In this document: positions 12,732 through 26,189 of the stretch, one piece after another | Layout: every line of letters starts with the position of its first letter | Position numbering within the stretch: the first letter of the stretch is position 1 | Made by a program: the position numbers and the translations under genes | Notes under the pieces: model-generated | The model's input: the letters and a program-made list of their open reading frames with translations, nothing else | The model's database searches: none | What the model was told of the DNA's origin: nothing | Assembly: GCF_009914755.1 (NCBI RefSeq) | Contig: NC_060928.1 | DNA: 64,000 nucleotides | Source: the human T2T-CHM13v2.0 reference genome, Homo sapiens | Direction: 5' to 3' (one strand)

Positions 12732-13745
12732 CTGTTGACTCAAACAACACAGATTTGAACTGTACAGGTTCATTTATACATGAATTTTTAAGAGTAAATA
12801 AATATATTAGAACATGTTTTGAAGATTTGCAACAATTTGAAAAAAATAGCAGATGAGCCTAATAGCCTAGAAATATTTAAAAAATAAGAAAAAGTTAGGT
12901 ATGTCATGAATGCATAAAATATATGTAAATACTAGTCTATTTTATCATTTACTACCATAAACTATGCAGAACTGTATTATAAGAAATTAAAAATTATCAA
13001 AATGTATGGACACAAACACAGACTCTGCATGGTGCCATTGGAAGTTAAGAGAAATGGAAACGATTGTAAAGATGCAATATATTAAATCATAACTGCATAA
13101 AATTAACTGTAGTACATCCTATACTACTGCAATAATTTTGTAGACACCTCCTGTGGCTTTTACGGTGAGCCCAAGTGTTGCAAGTATTCCCTTAAAGCAC
13201 CGTGTGATGCTAACCTTCCCTGCATGAGAGGTTTGTCTCTCCAGTAAATTACTCATCACTGTAAAAAGTGATCTCTCACAGTTCTCGTGTATTTTTCATC
13301 ATGTTTAGTGAAATACCGTAAACCTTAAATAACACCATGGAACCCATATGAAGTGCCACTAGTAATGCTGGAAGGGCTCCCAACAAGCAGAGGAAAGTCA
13401 TGACATTATAAGAAAAAGTTAAATTGCTAGATATATATCCTAGATTGAGGTCTGCAGGGCTGTTGTCCGCCACTTTAAGATTAATGAATCCAGCATAAGG
13501 ACTATTGTAAAAAAAAGAAAAGGAAATTCATGAAGCCATCCTGCAGCTATGCCAGTAGGCATGAAAACTTGCACTTTTTGTGAAATACAAGATATGTGTG
13601 AATTGACTGTTCATGTTATCAGTAAAACTTCCAGTCAACAGCAGGCTATTAAGTTTGGGATAAGTCAAAATTTATGTGCAAATGTTTGACTGTTTCCAAG
13701 GGAAGAGTTGGTGTCCCAACTCCCATGTTCTTCATGGGTGAACTG
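12732..13745 (+). mobile_element. Tigger2-derived DNA transposon (Tigger2b-like internal-deletion product)
   Basis: TIR-like ends 'ctgttgac' and 'gtgaactg' flanked by TA. Decayed transposase N-terminus from about 13338 ('atggaaccc...aagcagaggaaagtcatgacatta'). Confidence 0.88.
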
Positions 13746-14398
13746 TAGTTATACTGTCTGAAATGTGCTTCTAGAATGTTGATAATATTTTGTTTCTTGA
13801 ACTTCATGTGTATAGCTTGTGACATTCTCTGAGCTGTAAACTTAGGATTTTTGCAGTTCTTTGGATCTATTTTGTACTTCAATTAAAAAGTTAAAACAAT
13901 AGTGACTGTTCGTTAATACAGAAATTGCTGCAGTATGGACTCATGAGAAAACCACAAAACTTTAATTCATCTACCCTGTGAAATATTACTGAACTGTTCT
14001 ATATCTAAAGATCTGCAACTCTGAAAGGAAAACTGGAATTATTTTGAATATTGCATGAAAGAATCCACATTAAGTACCTAGCATGGCGCCTGGCATAGCA
14101 GATTTTCAATATGGTGTAATTCTCCTTAATAAATATGTTGTAATTTTAATTCTGTTTCAAAGAAGCATTAAATAATAAAAGGAGTGTAGTCATTGTGGTT
14201 TAATTTTCAGGTCTAGCAAATATTAGTTTTCTTTAATTTTTGGAGTTTAGAGTAATCTATAATAGTAAATGTTTACCTGAAATATCCTTCTGTACTTAAT
14301 ATTCCTCAATTCATGGCCTTCTTATTAGATTGATAACTGATGACTGATTCACTGACTTATTCATTTATTTATTCATTACTTATACAGTATTTACTGAG

Positions 14399-14845
14399 TG
14401 TATTAATCAGTGTTCTCCAAAGATACAGAACAAATACAATATGTGTATGTGTGTGTGTTGGTGGCGGGGTAAGAAGAGAGAGAGAGGGGGAGACTGTAAG
14501 GCTTTAGTTCATAAGGCTGTGGGAGCTAGCAAGTCTGAAATCTTTATGGCAGGTTGGCAGGCTGGAGACCCTGGAAAGAATTCTTGGTGCACTTCAAGTC
14601 TAAAGGCAGTTTGGAGGCAGAATTCCTTCATCCTCAGAGGACCTCAGTCTTTTTCTCTCAAAGCCTTCAACTGATTGAATGAGGTTCACTCACTCTTATT
14701 ATGGAGGGTAATCTTCTTTACTCAAAGTCTACTGATTTAAATGTTAATCACATTTTAAAAATATCTTCATGGCAACATCTGCTATTTGACCAAACATCTG
14801 GGCACCATAGCCTAGCAATGTTGACACATAACATTAACCATCACA
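14399..14845 (-). mobile_element. ERVL solo LTR MLT2 (C/D-like), inserted in an L2 3' end
   Basis: 'tgtattaatcagtgttctcc' to 'attaaccatcaca' with perfect TSD ctgag/ctgag. Confidence 0.88.
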
Positions 14846-15799
14846 CTGAGTTTTAAATATAAGCATGGCTGGGAACTAAAAATCTGTTGAGCACATAACC
14901 TAGTGGTGGAAACTGAAAGGGAAGGAAAGGGGAAAAGAGGGACAGACACAAGGTCAACTAACTAGATTACAACAAGAAAAGCAAAATAACAGATCCTTGC
15001 CAAACGTCAAGGGAGCTGAGAGTAGGAAGTGAATAATTTTGCCTGAATAAAATAAGAGGTGCATTGATGCTCAAGATGCTTTCCTCTCATCCAGAAATTT
15101 GGCCCAGAGGAGCAATAGCTCTAGACAGAGAAATTTAAAGAGATGTGTGAAGCTCCACCTTGGGGCTCATGTGGAACTTGTTCTAGGCTTGGTTCCAAAA
15201 TTTTTGCAAACTTAAGCTGGGATTCAATTTTACAGTGAAATTGAATATGCATTGGGATCTTTCTTAGTTTGAGGCGTAGTCTTTAAAAATCTCCATCCCC
15301 CAGAGAGATCTTATTTTATAAGCATCATACACAACTGTTTGATTAAATATGCAGAGTTTTTGAAAGCCTTTTATAAATTGCTTTACTCTGTGAGCTATCC
15401 AGTTTTTCTATCTGAAATGTTCATAGTAGAATCTTCAGCAAATCACAAAGTTTTTGGTTGCAGGATTTTGGCAGCCAAATTCACTCTGAGCACAAGGGGC
15501 TGTCTTTCTTCAGCACACTGCATTAGAGAAACAGTTATACACCCTAAGGGTTTTCAGAATTTCTTTGTTCATCAAAGAATTGAATCATATTCCTGAAAGT
15601 GGATCTATTTCTTTCAAGACCAAGTTTAAATGATCATTAACAAATCAAGCTAGACACTAATTAACTCTCCTAATGAAATTAATGCATTTTATATGTATTA
15701 ATGTTTATATCACAAGAGACACACTGTCAATCTAGATTTCACAAAGGAATGTTACATACCTTCCAACTATTGAGTATTGGAAAAAATTTCTAGGATCTC

Positions 15800-16280
15800 T
15801 ATCTCATCCTAAACTATTCTCCATCTGGCTGGCTGTGGTTTGGCACATTGGCTTCCTAATCTCCAAATCTCTTCAAGACTACGAAGGTCATATGAAAGCC
15901 TTTGTACTTTCTGCCCCATTGGACCTGGAATGTTATTTGTTTGTTTCTTCCATAACTTGCATCTCCACATTCTTCATGTATTAACCTTTGTTTTACCTGC
16001 TGAGAGAAACTGTCTTTGACCAGCCCATCCACTGCAGGCCTCTGACCACTCATTTCTCATCTATGGGCCACTGCTGTCATGCTCTTTGTAGCCATTGGGG
16101 TTCATATAATAATCTGAAGTTATATTGCTTATTTATTTATCTATTCATATAACACTTCTTTTTTCCACTAGGAAATTTGCTTCACTAAAATAAGGAAATT
16201 GCCTGGCCTTTTTTCTTTTTTTTAACAGCTGTATGCTTAACACAAAATATGTACAAATTTATGTTTGTTGATGAAATAGT
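15800..16280 (+). mobile_element. L2 3' fragment
   Basis: Degenerate L2 3' motifs ending 'tgtttgttgatgaa'. Confidence 0.5.
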
Positions 16281-16569
16281 GGAAACAAAACAATGTGGCC
16301 CTGATAGTCAAACAAAATGTTATTTAAAGTGAAGTTCATAAAAAGTGAGGTCAGGAATACAATTATAGCTTCTGTTTTATTTTAAGTGAGCTATCAATTA
16401 TAAATATCAGTCTCCAAAGTGAATGTGAGATAAATGCCATACCCAAATTTAAAAGAGAAATAGTCCCTATCTTTGGATCCTTTGGCCATATTGATACAAA
16501 AAAAATGTGGGGTGCCCCCCAAAATTGTAGGGAAGGCAAGAAGACTGTGAAGAGATATACACATGTATA

Positions 16570-17895
16570 TCTCTTCCCCCTTTTCCTGTGGATGTGGCTT
16601 CCTGTTAGCCAAGCTGCAGTGATTGTTATCTCTCTTCTGGGTCTAGCTACCAAGCAAGTCTACCTGGCTCTGAAGTGGTACTGGGGGTTGTCTGCACAGA
16701 GTCCTGCGATGTGAACTGTCTATGGGTCTCTCAGCTGTAGATACCAGCACCTGTTCCAGTGGAGGTGGCATGGCGGTGAAATGGACTCCATAATGGTTCT
16801 TAGCTTTGATGGTTTAATGCTCTATTTTTGTGCTGGTTGGCATCCTGCCGGCAGCTGGTGCTTTCCAGGGAGCATCAGATGTGGTAGTATGGGGAGGAAC
16901 AGATGGTGGGTGGGGCCCTAGAACTCCCACGATTATATACCCTTTGTCTTCAGCTACTCCAGTGGATAGGGAAGGCCCACCAGGTGGGAGCAGGGCTAGG
17001 TGAGTCTGAGCTCAGACTCTTTGGGCGGGTCTTGCTGCAGCTGCTGTTGGGGATGGTGGTGAGGTTCCCAGGTCAATGGAGTTGTGTATCCAGGAGGATT
17101 ATGGCAGCCTCTGCTGAGTCATGCAGGTTGTCAGGGAAGTGGGGGAAAACCAGCAGTCACAGGCCTCACCCAACTCCCACACAATCCAATGTGCCAGTCT
17201 CACTCCCACCGTACTCCCCCTAACAGCCCTGAGTCTGTTTCCAGGTGGTGGGTGAGCCACACTTGAGAACTTGCCCCAAGCTACCTGCCTCCCAGCTGCA
17301 AAAGACCAGGGCTTTGGTTCTTCCTTTGCCTATGGAGTCTGCACACCAGATTCACACTCTCCCTCAAGTTCCGGCCAGGAGGCTTCTCGCCTGGTTCAAA
17401 TTGTTACAAAGTTCAGCTGGAGATTTCCTTCTCCCTGTGGTGTTTTTCCCTGGGCTCCTCTGGCCACTCTCCTGAAGGATCCCCATGGTGCCAGGCAGGA
17501 ATGGCCTGCTTGGGGAGCCAGCGAGCTCCCAGGGCCTTTCCTGCTGCTTCTTCTACCCCTGTATTACACTTGGCTCTGTAGATTGACTCAGCTCCAGGTA
17601 AGGTCAGAAACTTCTCCCGCAAACAGACCTTCAGTTTCCCCAGTGGGGGTGTGTGTTTGGGAGGGGAGGATCTCCCTTTCCTGCTTCCACAATTGGGGCA
17701 CTCACAGTATTTGGGGTGTCTCCCTGGTCCTGCAGGAGCAGTCCGCTTCCTTCCAAGGGTCTGTGGGTCCTCTTGGGATTCCTGGCTTGTTCTTGCAGTA
17801 GATCTGGAGCTAAAATTTTGATGCGAGCCTCCACACGCTGCTCTGTCCATCTGAGTCGGAGCTGCAGTCTGGTCCTGCCTTTTGGCCATGATCCA
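16570..17895 (-). mobile_element. L1 5'UTR fragment (L1PBa-like), no ORF1/ORF2 attached
   Basis: Locally GC-rich 1.3 kb matching the recalled L1PBa 5' end ('gagctgcagtctggtcctgcct...gccatgatcc'). Confidence 0.8.
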
Positions 17896-18183
17896 CACAA
17901 CTTTTTCTTATCTCGAAAAGTTTTAATTTTGAATGAAGATTAAAGCACTTCGGGAATAGGTGAATTGTATTTGCCACTAGGGAAATGTCTGTTGATTAAG
18001 AAGAAGCAGAGATTATGGGATCTGATTCAATTTGTATCCACAGGCAAAAGATTACCCCCAATGTATAAGTTTTAAGGCATCATTTAGATTCAGAAATACA
18101 TTTGTGTATTTCTCTCATCTCAAGAATCAGGTATTTCAACATACCAGTTATAGGCAATTCTGTTATCCCAAGTATTCCTTTAG

Positions 18184-18567
<384 letters not shown>

Positions 18568-18574
18568 TAGATTT

Positions 18575-19190
18575 TTAAAAACTCAAATTAGATTATGAGA
18601 ATTCCCTGCTTAAAAATTTCTAATTGCCTTTTAGTGCTTTTATAATAAAATTTAATCTCCTTGACCATAGCATATAGGGTGTACATATTTTGGCTGCTTG
18701 CCCAATTCATTGACGGTATTTATTCTAACTCACCTCCCCCCACCCCCTACCTCAACCCCTAACTTCTGTTCTTCAATCACATTGCCTTTTTTAAAATTCT
18801 TAAAACATGTCGGGCTTATTTCTACCTGAGAATGCTGTTTCTCCAGCCTGAAACGTTCTGGTTCCAGACTTTCTGACTGTGTCCTCAGACACTCAGGTCT
18901 TAGCACGAATAATCCCTTCATAATGAGGCCTTTGATGACCTCGTAATTTAACCTAGTCACGTTATCCCTGACCTCCCTGGAGACTGCTCTACCATTCTTT
19001 ATTTTATCAACTAGCTTTATTTTCTTCATATGATTTATTATTAAGTGAGATTATTTACTTATTTTTTTCCTGCTTTGGTCTGTGTCTTGCATTAGGCTAT
19101 AAACTCCATGACAGTAGTGAATAAATTTGTTTTACTTAACAATAAATATCTTAGGACAAAGCATGTGCTCAATCAATTTTATTGAATGAA
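18575..19190 (+). mobile_element. L2 3' fragment
   Basis: L2-like 'ccctgcttaaaa', 'tataaactccatgacagtag', terminal 'gtgctcaatcaattttattgaatgaa'. Confidence 0.65.
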
Positions 19191-21734
19191 GAAGTAAAAC
19201 AAAAGCATTTCTTTAAACATTAAATTATCACATAGTTGAATTTATTTTTTTTAGAAAACAACATTATTGTGATTTTCAGAAATGGACTACGTACATGAGA
19301 TGTACTAGTTTGTTTGGTTTTGATGCCATGGTAGTTTAAAATGTAGTGTTTTTATTTGGGGGATTGTTCAATTTTTACTGCTTAGACAGTTCTTTTAGTC
19401 ATACATAGGCTATGCTAGACATCTTGATAAAATATTTAAAAATTAAACATGAATTTTTTACATAATTTCAAATATTTAAGTCTTTTAAAACAAGGTAGAC
19501 TTACGTTTATCCAAAATGGTTGGCCAGTAAGATACTCCAGTTCACGGAAAATTTTGATTAATTAGGGCTTATCATATACAATGGCTATTAATAAGTAATT
19601 TCTGGAATCGGGTAGAAGAAATCAATTTCAAACTGCATGTACGTTAACCTGTTGTTTTGATGGCTCTAAATGCACTCTAGAATCTTGCTGAACATCCTAA
19701 TGGAATAATGTAGAATCACACATATTGGTGCTACACAGGGGCTTGGCATCCTTCACATTCTTAAAGGATATCTTATTCCTACTTCTTACTTTCCAATATG
19801 TAAAATATTACCACAGGTGTTGGAGGAGTGGTGGTGGTGTTGGAAAAGGGAGGAAGGGAACAATGAATCTCATGTTTTCTCTCTGTTGTGAAAATGCTGC
19901 ATTATCTTAACAAAACATTCTGGGAGTAGAGGGAAATGATTCTTCATAGAAAAATTGTATCTCCTCTAGATATCTTGATATAAATTAATTAACTTCAATC
20001 TCCCTTTCCCATGTCTGCAAACTTCCAAAGCTGTAGTAGTCTACTGTGTAATGGGAAGAATGACATCCTAATGTGTCTAGCAAGCATCTAAGTGGAAATG
20101 CTACGAGAGTTCTGACTTGTGTCATTAGTTAAATGTTAATCTCATAAATTATTGTATGTTTATAAAGGTATTCTTAATATTATTCAAATAATGTCACAGA
20201 AAACTTCACAAAATATGGTATGGTGTTCTCTATCATCTTATCATTTTTATAATTTGAGCAAGACTTGGTATCATTTTATCATATGTAAAAATGGAAGAAA
20301 GAAAAGCACCAACCTCCAAGGCGATTTTGCATAAAAGTGTTTTATTCCTATAGGATATCACATTTACATTTAATATATCTCTACTGCATTGCATTATAGT
20401 TACTTTTTAAAAATTTCAGTGTCCCACTGTACTAAGAGTTAGGTTGTTTGTTGAAGCAAAATGTTTCATTGTTATTATTCTTAAAATATCTACCCCTACC
20501 TGAATATTTAAGAATGGGCTTGGCCATGTAGCCTGATATTTGGGAGAAGTGAGAAAGAAGAAAAGAGAGAGAGAGAGAGAGAGAAGGACAGAGAGATGAC
20601 AACAGGACCAAAAGTAAAGTCTTAAAAAACTTGATTCATGAGTGGTAAGATATGAGAAGTTTGATGTTTTGAAAATCATTTTTTAAAGTATATTTTGCTT
20701 TCTTTTCTTAGAAAGTGAGTTGAAAGAAATTTCATCTACAATGAGCTATAATGCTCTACAGTAATGTAGGTGTATGTCACCATCAGAAGAAAGGGCAAGA
20801 CTTAGAAGAAACCTTGGCCAGAAGGAAGATGGAGGAGAGAACCTGTGCTGTTTGCCCCCTCCTAAAATTGTGGGAAGAAGAATTGGGCAGAAAGAAGGAA
20901 ACATCCATTGAGACATTATTGTCATAACACTTCTGCTCTGGGCAAAATTTCACTTTGCATTTGAAGATCTGTCAAGAAACCAGCTCTTATAGTCCCTTGG
21001 CAGATTCTGGGGCACTTATGCATCAGTCAGACGGAGCACAGATATAATGCCCCTAAACATCTTTTGGATTCCATGTAGTGTGAACCGACTCAGAAAGTCC
21101 TCTCTCCTCCAAGAAAGGATGAGGCACTTGCAGAGTCTGAGATGGTAGGTAGCCAAAGGGAGCCATAGAGAGGTGGAGATTAATCTGCTGTTGAGGTCTA
21201 TAAGGAAAACCAATTTTGCTTGGGGGAGAAAAAAAAAAAAAAAAGAAAATCAGAGCCAGAACTTCAGTTGTCTATATGAGTAAGAACTGAGTATTTGGCT
21301 AGAGTTGAGGCTACACATGGGAAGGTTGGGAGGTTAGGGAACCACTTGTCCTGATCCAGCTAAGATTCATCCCACTTGTTAGCTAACCTCAGACTTCAAT
21401 ATTTGATGCCAGTGTCACACCCAGGTGACAAGAGGTATTATCATAGAAATCAGAAGAGCCAGAGGGTGGTAAAAAATCTCATTCGTGTAGACTTGGTGTA
21501 TGTGCTTCCAACGTATGAAGCTACTTAAACTTCTTTTAATATATACTACATATGCCATATGGTAAAAGAAGGAAACGAAATCTCTAAGATCAAACATTTG
21601 GTAAAGAAAAAAATGTAACTGAGTTATCCATAGTAGCTTGATACTATTGTTAGGTCAGACTAAGTTTATAAGATTGAAATCTATCTGTCTATTCATCTAA
21701 TTATTTTTTATACTACTCCTACCCAGTGCCTTGA

Positions 21735-22277
21735 TGTGATGGTTAATAGTGTCAACTTGATTGGATTGAAGGATGTGAAGTATTGTTCCTGGGCGTGTCT
21801 GTGAGGGTGTTGCCAAAGGAGATTAACATTTGAGTCAGTGGACTGGGAGAGGCACACCCACCCTCAATCTGGGGGGGCACCATCTAATCAGCTGCCAGGA
21901 TGGCTAGAATAAAGCAGGCAGAAGAAAGTGGAATGAGGAGATGGGCTGAGTCTTCCGACCTTCATCTTTCTTTTGTGCTGGATGCTTCCTGTGTTCGAAC
22001 ATCAGACTCCAAGTTCTTCAGCTTTTGGTTTCTTGGACTTACACCAGTGGTTTGCCAGGGGCTTTCGGGCCTTTGGTCACAGACTGAAGGCTGCACTGTC
22101 GGCTTCCCTACTTTTGAGGTTTTGGGACTTGGACTGGCTTCCTTGCTCTCCAACTTGCAGCACCTATTGTGGAACTTCACCTTGTGATTGTGTGAGTCAA
22201 TACTCCTTAATAAACTCCCCTTCATATATACATCCAACCTATTAGTTCTGTCTCTCTAGAGAATCCTGACTAATACA
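21735..22277 (+). mobile_element. HERV-L solo LTR, MLT2A (A1/A2)
   Basis: 'tgtgatggttaatagtgtcaacttgattggattgaagg' to 'cctgactaataca'. TSD cttga/cttgt; AATAAA retained near 22209. Confidence 0.93.
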
Positions 22278-22486
22278 CTTGTTATCAGCAAGAAAAGAAA
22301 ATGAACTAAGATTGTCTTTGATAATCCAAATGCTTCTTTGACAAAGGTATTATAGTAAATAGATTCATATTAGTGGAGTGTTCCCAAACAACAACAACAA
22401 AAGAAATAACTTCATTTGTATTTTTGAAGATTTCTTCAAATTATCTCTAAAGTTACTGTATAAAGATACTTAGAATTAAAATCCAG

Positions 22487-24505
22487 TTTCTGGTCTGGAA
22501 TGTAAGGAGCTTAGAAGTCTCTACTCTGTTTTAACAAGCAAAAAGCTGAATAAACTGAAAAATCAGCAACTCTTCTTAGATCCAGAAGAGAAATGAGATC
22601 ACAGGGCAAACCACTTCCCCAAAGTTGAAGAGACAGCCAGAAAAATACAGAAATAAAAACCATAACACTCTGATTTTACAAAATCAAAGGAGAACTAAAG
22701 AAATAGAGATAAATTCCATTTTTATGGGTAGAAAGATAATATTAAGAAGCCAATTCTCCCAATTTGATCTGTAGATTCAATGCAATCCCAATCAAAATCC
22801 CAGAAACATATATTGTGGATATCAGCAAACTGATTCTAATGGGTCATTACATGGAGAAGCAAAAGGCCCAGATTAGCCGACACAAAATCAAAGGAAATAA
22901 CAAAATTGGAGGACTAACGCTACTCAGTTTCAAGACTTAATACAAAGCTACAATAATCAAGATCATTTGATATTGACAAAAGAATAGATAAGTACATTAG
23001 TGAACAGAACGGAGAGCTCAGAAATAGACCCACATAAACATAGTCAACTGATCTTTGATGAAGGAGCAAAGGTAATACAATGGAAGAAAACAGCCTTTTC
23101 AATAAATGGTGCTGAAACAAGTGGACATCCACATGCACACAATAATCAAGACGGAGACCTTACACCCTTCATAAAGTTAACTCAGAATGCAGCACAGATA
23201 TAAATGTAATATGTAAAACTATAAAACTCTTGGAAGATAACACAGTAGAAAATCTATATAACCTTGCGTATAGTGATGACTTTTTAGATACAACACCAAA
23301 GGCACAATTTATGAAATAAAGAATTGATAAGCTGGAGTTCATCCAAATTGCAAATTTCTGTTTTGCAAAAGATATTGCCAAGAGAATGTAAAGATATGCC
23401 GCAGATTGGGAGAAAATATTTGCAGGCATATCTGACAAAATAATGTTATCCAAAATGTGCAAATAATTCTTAAAATTAACAAGAAGAAAACAAACAACCA
23501 GTTCAAAACCTAGGTCAAAGATCTTGGCAGACACCCCACCAAAGAAGATATACAGATGACAAATAAGCATATGAAAGGGTGTTCATAAAATTTGTTGTCA
23601 GGTAAATGCAAATTAAAACAAAAATAAGATACCACTATACATCTGTTAGAATGGTCATAATCCAGAACACTGCAACACTAAATGTTGGAGAACATGTAGA
23701 CCCACAGGAACTCTCATTCATTGCTTGTGGGAATGAAAAAATGGTACAGCCACTTTGGAACAGTTTAGTAGTTTCTTACAAAACTCAACATACTCTTATC
23801 ATACTTTCCAGTAATTGTGACCCTTGGTATCTACCCAAAGAAGCTGAAATTTTATAGCCACACAAAAACCTGCATAGGAACGTTTACAGCAGCTGTACTC
23901 ATAATTGTCAAAACTTGTAAGCAACCAATATGTCCTTTAGTAGGTGAACAGAAAAATAAATGATGGTACATGTAGTCAGCAGAATATTGTCCAGAACTAA
24001 AAGGAAACGAGCTATCAAGCAAGGAGAAGCATGGAGGAAACTTAAATGTATATTATCAAGCAAAAGAAGCAATCTGAAAGGGCTTTATACTATATGATTC
24101 AAATTACATATGACATTCTAGAAAAGGCCAAACTGTGAAGCCAGTAAAAGGATCCATTGTTGCCAGGGGTTGGGGCTAGTGATAGGAGATAAATAGGCAG
24201 AGTCCAGACGATTTTTAGGGCAGTGTAAATACTGTGTGATACTACTCTGATGAATACATGTCGTTATATATTTATTCAAACACACAGAATGTACAAACCA
24301 ACAGAGAACATAAACTATGGGCTTTGGGTGATAATAATGTATCAATATATATTCATGAATTATAACATGTATAACTTTTGTGGGAGATGATACTAATGGG
24401 GACGGCTATACATCTGTGGGGGCAGGTGGTACATAGGAAATATCTGTACCTTTCAATCAATTTTTCTGTGAACCTAAAATTGCCCTAAACATAAATATAA
24501 TAAAA
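22487..24505 (+). mobile_element. L1MC1/2-like LINE: L1MCa-type 5' end fused to the ORF2 C-terminus and 3'UTR
   Basis: 5' block 'tgtaaggagcttagaagtc...cacagggcaaac'; ORF2 remnants ('agattcaatgcaatcccaatcaaaatccca'); L1MC 3' end 'tgtgaacctaaaattgccctaaa'. Confidence 0.8.
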
Positions 24506-24788
24506 TAGAATTGGTTTGAAAGTGTATTTTAAGAAGAGACAACTTAAAGAGATCAATTAAAATTGAATATTATCTGACAATTTAGCAACTCTTCATTTCT
24601 AGTTTGTTCAATTTTTTTGATATTAGTTTACCTTTATAAGATTTATGGTAGAATAGGGAGTTATATTTGCTGTGTACTTTTATGTTTATCTATTATAATC
24701 ACAAGTTGAAATTATTCAGTCTTTTTATTCATCAGTCCACTTTCCTCTATTATCAAGGCACGTAGAGTTATTGATTATTAAAAGATGC

Positions 24789-24812
24789 TTCCAAGAAGTG
24801 CTCTTCCTGGAA
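24789..24812. promoter_or_regulatory. Candidate tandem STAT (GAS) sites TTCCAAGAA-N6-TTCCTGGAA
   Basis: Two exact TTCYNRGAA matches 6 bp apart in apparently non-repeat DNA. Function not shown. Confidence 0.35.
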
Positions 24813-25838
24813 GTTTGAATTTAATTGAGTAAGCTTGTCAATTTATTGGTATATTCAGCAGTTTAAGAGCTTGCAGTTTTGATTTTCTATCCCTTCCTTG
24901 CTTGGACAATTCCTTCTTGTACAACATGCTTCAGTATTTGTGATTCCTTGCTGAGCACCAGAGCAAAATGTTGCAATCCTGTTAATTTGAATATCTCCCT
25001 CACCTTACGGCTCAAATCATTCATCTAATATTCTCAATTCAAAGTGCCTTGGAAACTGGTATGGTGGTATGCATATTTGAAATCCACAGATACATGAATT
25101 AATGTATTTATCCAACAATGTAGTGTTTTCCTTTATCAAGTTATTTGGTAGAGATGCTAACAGAGTAACTGTGAATTTTGTCCCTAAGCACCTGGTATAA
25201 GTGCTAATATGTAAATAAGCCAAAGAGTAGTTCCCACAATAGCTGACAGGAGGATTCATTTATGCATAATGATGTGCTGGATGAATCTCATTCTTGCTTT
25301 AGTGCAGCTAAGCATGCAATAGCCTGTGAGGATGAGGCAAAGAAAAGGTTAATTCTCAGAGGCTCATCTTTCTCTACACTAACTAATTAATAATGGAATT
25401 CATTAGAATTATTTAGCTTATGAATATATGAAATTTAAATTTTATATTTCTCTCATGTTATAATTTGAGAATGAAACTATAGGTGACACAGGGAGACCTA
25501 TTCTACACAAATGTGCATTAAATTTAAATTTAGTCATCTCTACTTATTGACTTTTACTAAATGCAGATCAGTTTTTCAAATGCTCAAGAGAAGAGAGCAA
25601 TGGAGAAAAAGAAAAAGGAAGAGAGACTATAAAAAATGCTACCTGTACGTCTGCTACAATGAATTCTTAATAATTGTTATGAAGCCATATTATAAATGTA
25701 AATTGAACACAGCCCAGAGATGAACTTGGTATGACTTTCAATTGTGTGAAGGTATTAGATTCACTTATAAAGTAAACATTTATTCAGCACCCACTGTGTT
25801 CCAAACCTATAAAAAATGTTGGAAATAAAAGTGAATGT

Positions 25839-26133
25839 AGCCAGGTGCGGTGGCTCCTGCCTGTAATCCCAGAACTTTCAGAGGCCGAGCTGGGCAGATC
25901 AGTTGAAGTCAGGAGTTTAAGACCAGCCTGGCCAACATGGTGAAGCCCTGTCTCTACTGTAAATGCAGAAATTACGGGGCATGGTGGCAGATGCCTGTAA
26001 TCCCAGCCACTCAGGAGACTGAGGCAGGAGAATCGCTTGAACCCAGGGGGCAGAGGTTGCAGTGAGCCAAGATTGTGCCACTGCACTCCAGCCTGGGCGG
26101 CAGAGCCAGACTGTGTCTCAAAAAAAGAAAAAA
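25839..26133 (+). mobile_element. AluS (Sx/Sz-like)
   Basis: Full dimer plus A tail; TSD aaaagtgaatg at 25827 and 26134. Confidence 0.95.
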
Positions 26134-26189
26134 AAAAGTGAATGAGACAAAGACACCAGTTTCAGTGAACCACAGGAGAAGAGAGGGCA

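Noticed and set aside
13338-13590. Tigger transposase N-terminus
   Set aside because: In-frame stops and an internal deletion; not a domesticated TIGD-like gene.
16903-17943. Cluster of overlapping 60-176-aa ORFs on both strands
   Set aside because: A by-product of the GC-rich L1 5'UTR; no recognisable domain.
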